A model generated the notes under the pieces. The model saw nothing but the letters and a program-made list of their open reading frames with translations. It was not told the origin of the DNA and did no database searches. A program made the position numbers and the translations under genes. From an uncultured delta proteobacterium (lineage in GTDB: Bacteria > Desulfobacterota > RBG-13-43-22), in assembly GCA_963802945.1 (NCBI GenBank), contig CAWDKY010000017.1, positions 352,001 to 416,000 of the forward strand: a stretch of DNA of 64,000 nt, written 5' to 3'. Shown in pieces: positions 62,436 through 64,000 of the stretch. Within the stretch, counting starts at the first letter, position 1, and each line of letters opens with the position of its first letter.

Positions 62436-63347
62436 TCAGTTCTTTTTCTGTTTTCGAATTTTACAGCTTTCTATGGTGTTCTCACAAGGTTCTTCACAAG
62501 GCTCGATATGGATGATGATGTCCATGGAAGGGATCGTGCGGGCTATTTCGGATTCCAGTTCAGCCGTTCGTTCATGGGCTTCCTCGACCTTAAGCATCCG
62601 ACAGAACAAGACGTGTAAATCGCCATAGATTTTACTGCCTGACGTTCGGGTTCGAAGTTTATGAAAACCGGCATAAGGGAAGGGCATGCTTTCCAGAATG
62701 GTAATCAGCTTCTCTTCTGTGGCTTGGGGAATGCTCGAATCCATCAAGCCGACCAGGGCCTTTTTGGCAATGATCACTGCCGAGTAAATAATAATAGCGC
62801 CGACGATGACGGCAAAAAGCAAATCAAAAAAGATCTGCCCGGTAAAATAGGTTAATAAGATGGCTAATAAAGCGGCCGTATTGGAGTAAAGGTCGCTGGT
62901 GTAATGGAGAGCATCGGCTTTAAGGGCCGGGGAACCGGTGGCTTCCCCGATTTTTTTCAGACGCCTGGAAATAATAAAACTGAAACCCAGGGAGAGGATC
63001 ATCACCCCTAAATCCAGGATAGAATAGTTTATTTTTTGAGATTCAATCCATTTGTGTATCGAGGTAATGATGATATAACTGCCGGAAAAAACGATAACCA
63101 GGGTTTGAAAAATCGCCGCCAGATTTTCTGCTTTTCCATGGCCATAGGGGTGATCCTGATCGGCCGGCTGGCTGGCCTTGCGAATAGCCCAAAAATTCAT
63201 GGCCGACATACTGACATCCAAAAAGCTGTCCAGGCCGGAAGAGAGGATGGCCATGGAGCCGGAAAAGAATCCAGCCGTAAACTTACATCCGGCCAGGATA
63301 GCGGCTGAACAAATGGCAAACAGGAATGCTTTTTGTTTTATGTCCAT
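62436..63347 (-). CDS. Cation diffusion facilitator (FieF-like)
   Basis: DS..D, PADQDHPYGHGKAE, ADALHY.SD, IIIHIEP. Confidence 0.92.
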   Translation of the reverse strand: MDIKQKAFLFAICSAAILAGCKFTAGFFSGSMAILSSGLDSFLDVSMSAMNFWAIRKASQPADQDHPYGHGKAENLAAIFQTLVIVFSGSYIIITSIHKWIESQKINYSILDLGVMILSLGFSFIISRRLKKIGEATGSPALKADALHYTSDLYSNTAALLAILLTYFTGQIFFDLLFAVIVGAIIIYSAVIIAKKALVGLMDSSIPQATEEKLITILESMPFPYAGFHKLRTRTSGSKIYGDLHVLFCRMLKVEEAHERTAELESEIARTIPSMDIIIHIEPCEEPCENTIESCKIRKQKKN

Positions 63348-63371
63348 GGTTTGAAAAAAGTTTGGTATCGA

Positions 63372-64000
63372 CTAGGTCGAGACGACAATCCTTCCTGCCT
63401 TTCGGGCGTTTACTTCTCCGATTATAGAGGCCAGTGTTATTTCCTTTTTATGTAATCGGGTCAGCAAAGATTGAGCTTTATCGGCCGAAACGGCTATCAA
63501 CAATCCCCCGGAAGTTTGAGCATCGGAGAGGATGTCGAGCAGATAACCGGGTATGGCCGGATCGATTTGCAGAGAGCGATGACAAAAATTACGATTGGCG
63601 TGTGTCCCAGCCGGGACCAGACCCATTCGGGAATATTCCAGGGCATAAGGGATGATGGGAACTCGGGAAGCAAACAGGGTCATACCGCATTTGCTGGCCT
63701 GGGCCATTTCCAGGGCGTGACCCAGCAGACCGAAACCGGTGATATCAGTGCAGGCATGGACTCCGCATTTCTGCATGACTTCCGCTCCGATTCGATTGGA
63801 TTCCAGCATGACCCGGATCATGGCTTTCTCCGCCTCAGCGGAGGCCGCTTTTCCTTTTAAGGCCGTGGCAATGATGCCGGTGCCGATGGGTTTGGTCAGG
63901 ATCAGTTGATCCCCGGGTCGGGCCCCGGCATTGGTCAGGACTTTATCAGGATGGATGATCCCGGTCACGGATAGACCATATTTCAATTCCAGATCATCAA
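63372..64000 (-). CDS. selD: Selenide, water dikinase (5' part outside the window)
   Basis: KYGLSVTG, LTKPIGTG, CTDITGFGLLGH, DAQTSGGLL. Confidence 0.94.
   Translation of the reverse strand, partial: DDLELKYGLSVTGIIHPDKVLTNAGARPGDQLILTKPIGTGIIATALKGKAASAEAEKAMIRVMLESNRIGAEVMQKCGVHACTDITGFGLLGHALEMAQASKCGMTLFASRVPIIPYALEYSRMGLVPAGTHANRNFCHRSLQIDPAIPGYLLDILSDAQTSGGLLIAVSADKAQSLLTRLHKKEITLASIIGEVNARKAGRIVVST

Overview
Bacterial chromosomal segment, most likely Desulfobacterota/Deltaproteobacteria. This is inferred from the xerC-hslVU-argBDFGH-lysA-dapF-dapB-dapL and ilvBN-psd-pssA-leuACDB-asd gene orders, an MSHA-like pilus locus and selD. 1-14 kb is an MSHA/type IV pilus locus with TWO complete but divergent four-gene minor-pilin cassettes in tandem. 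Each cassette sits behind its own copy of a ~450-bp direct-repeat header: the tail of a dead spermidine-synthase-like gene, a promoter region and the first 10 pilin codons. One assembly operon follows (PilMN fusion, PilO, MshK, secretin, MshM/ExeA, MshN). The rest is mostly housekeeping (lptD, murJ, tRNA-Leu, tRNA-Pro, rph/rdgB, Lys/Arg, thiamine, Ile/Val/Leu, coaD, selD). Exceptions are an AT-rich islet at tRNA-Leu, a solo integron gene cassette (MBL-fold gene between two attC sites, no IntI in the window), five MITE/REP-like elements in two families, about 15 intergenic hairpins built from 7-nt periodic repeats, and an unexplained 90-nt structured element upstream of thiE. About 20 single-base frameshifts, several in essential genes, point to an error-prone assembly, so split genes are joined here. 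All calls are by eye, with no database searches.
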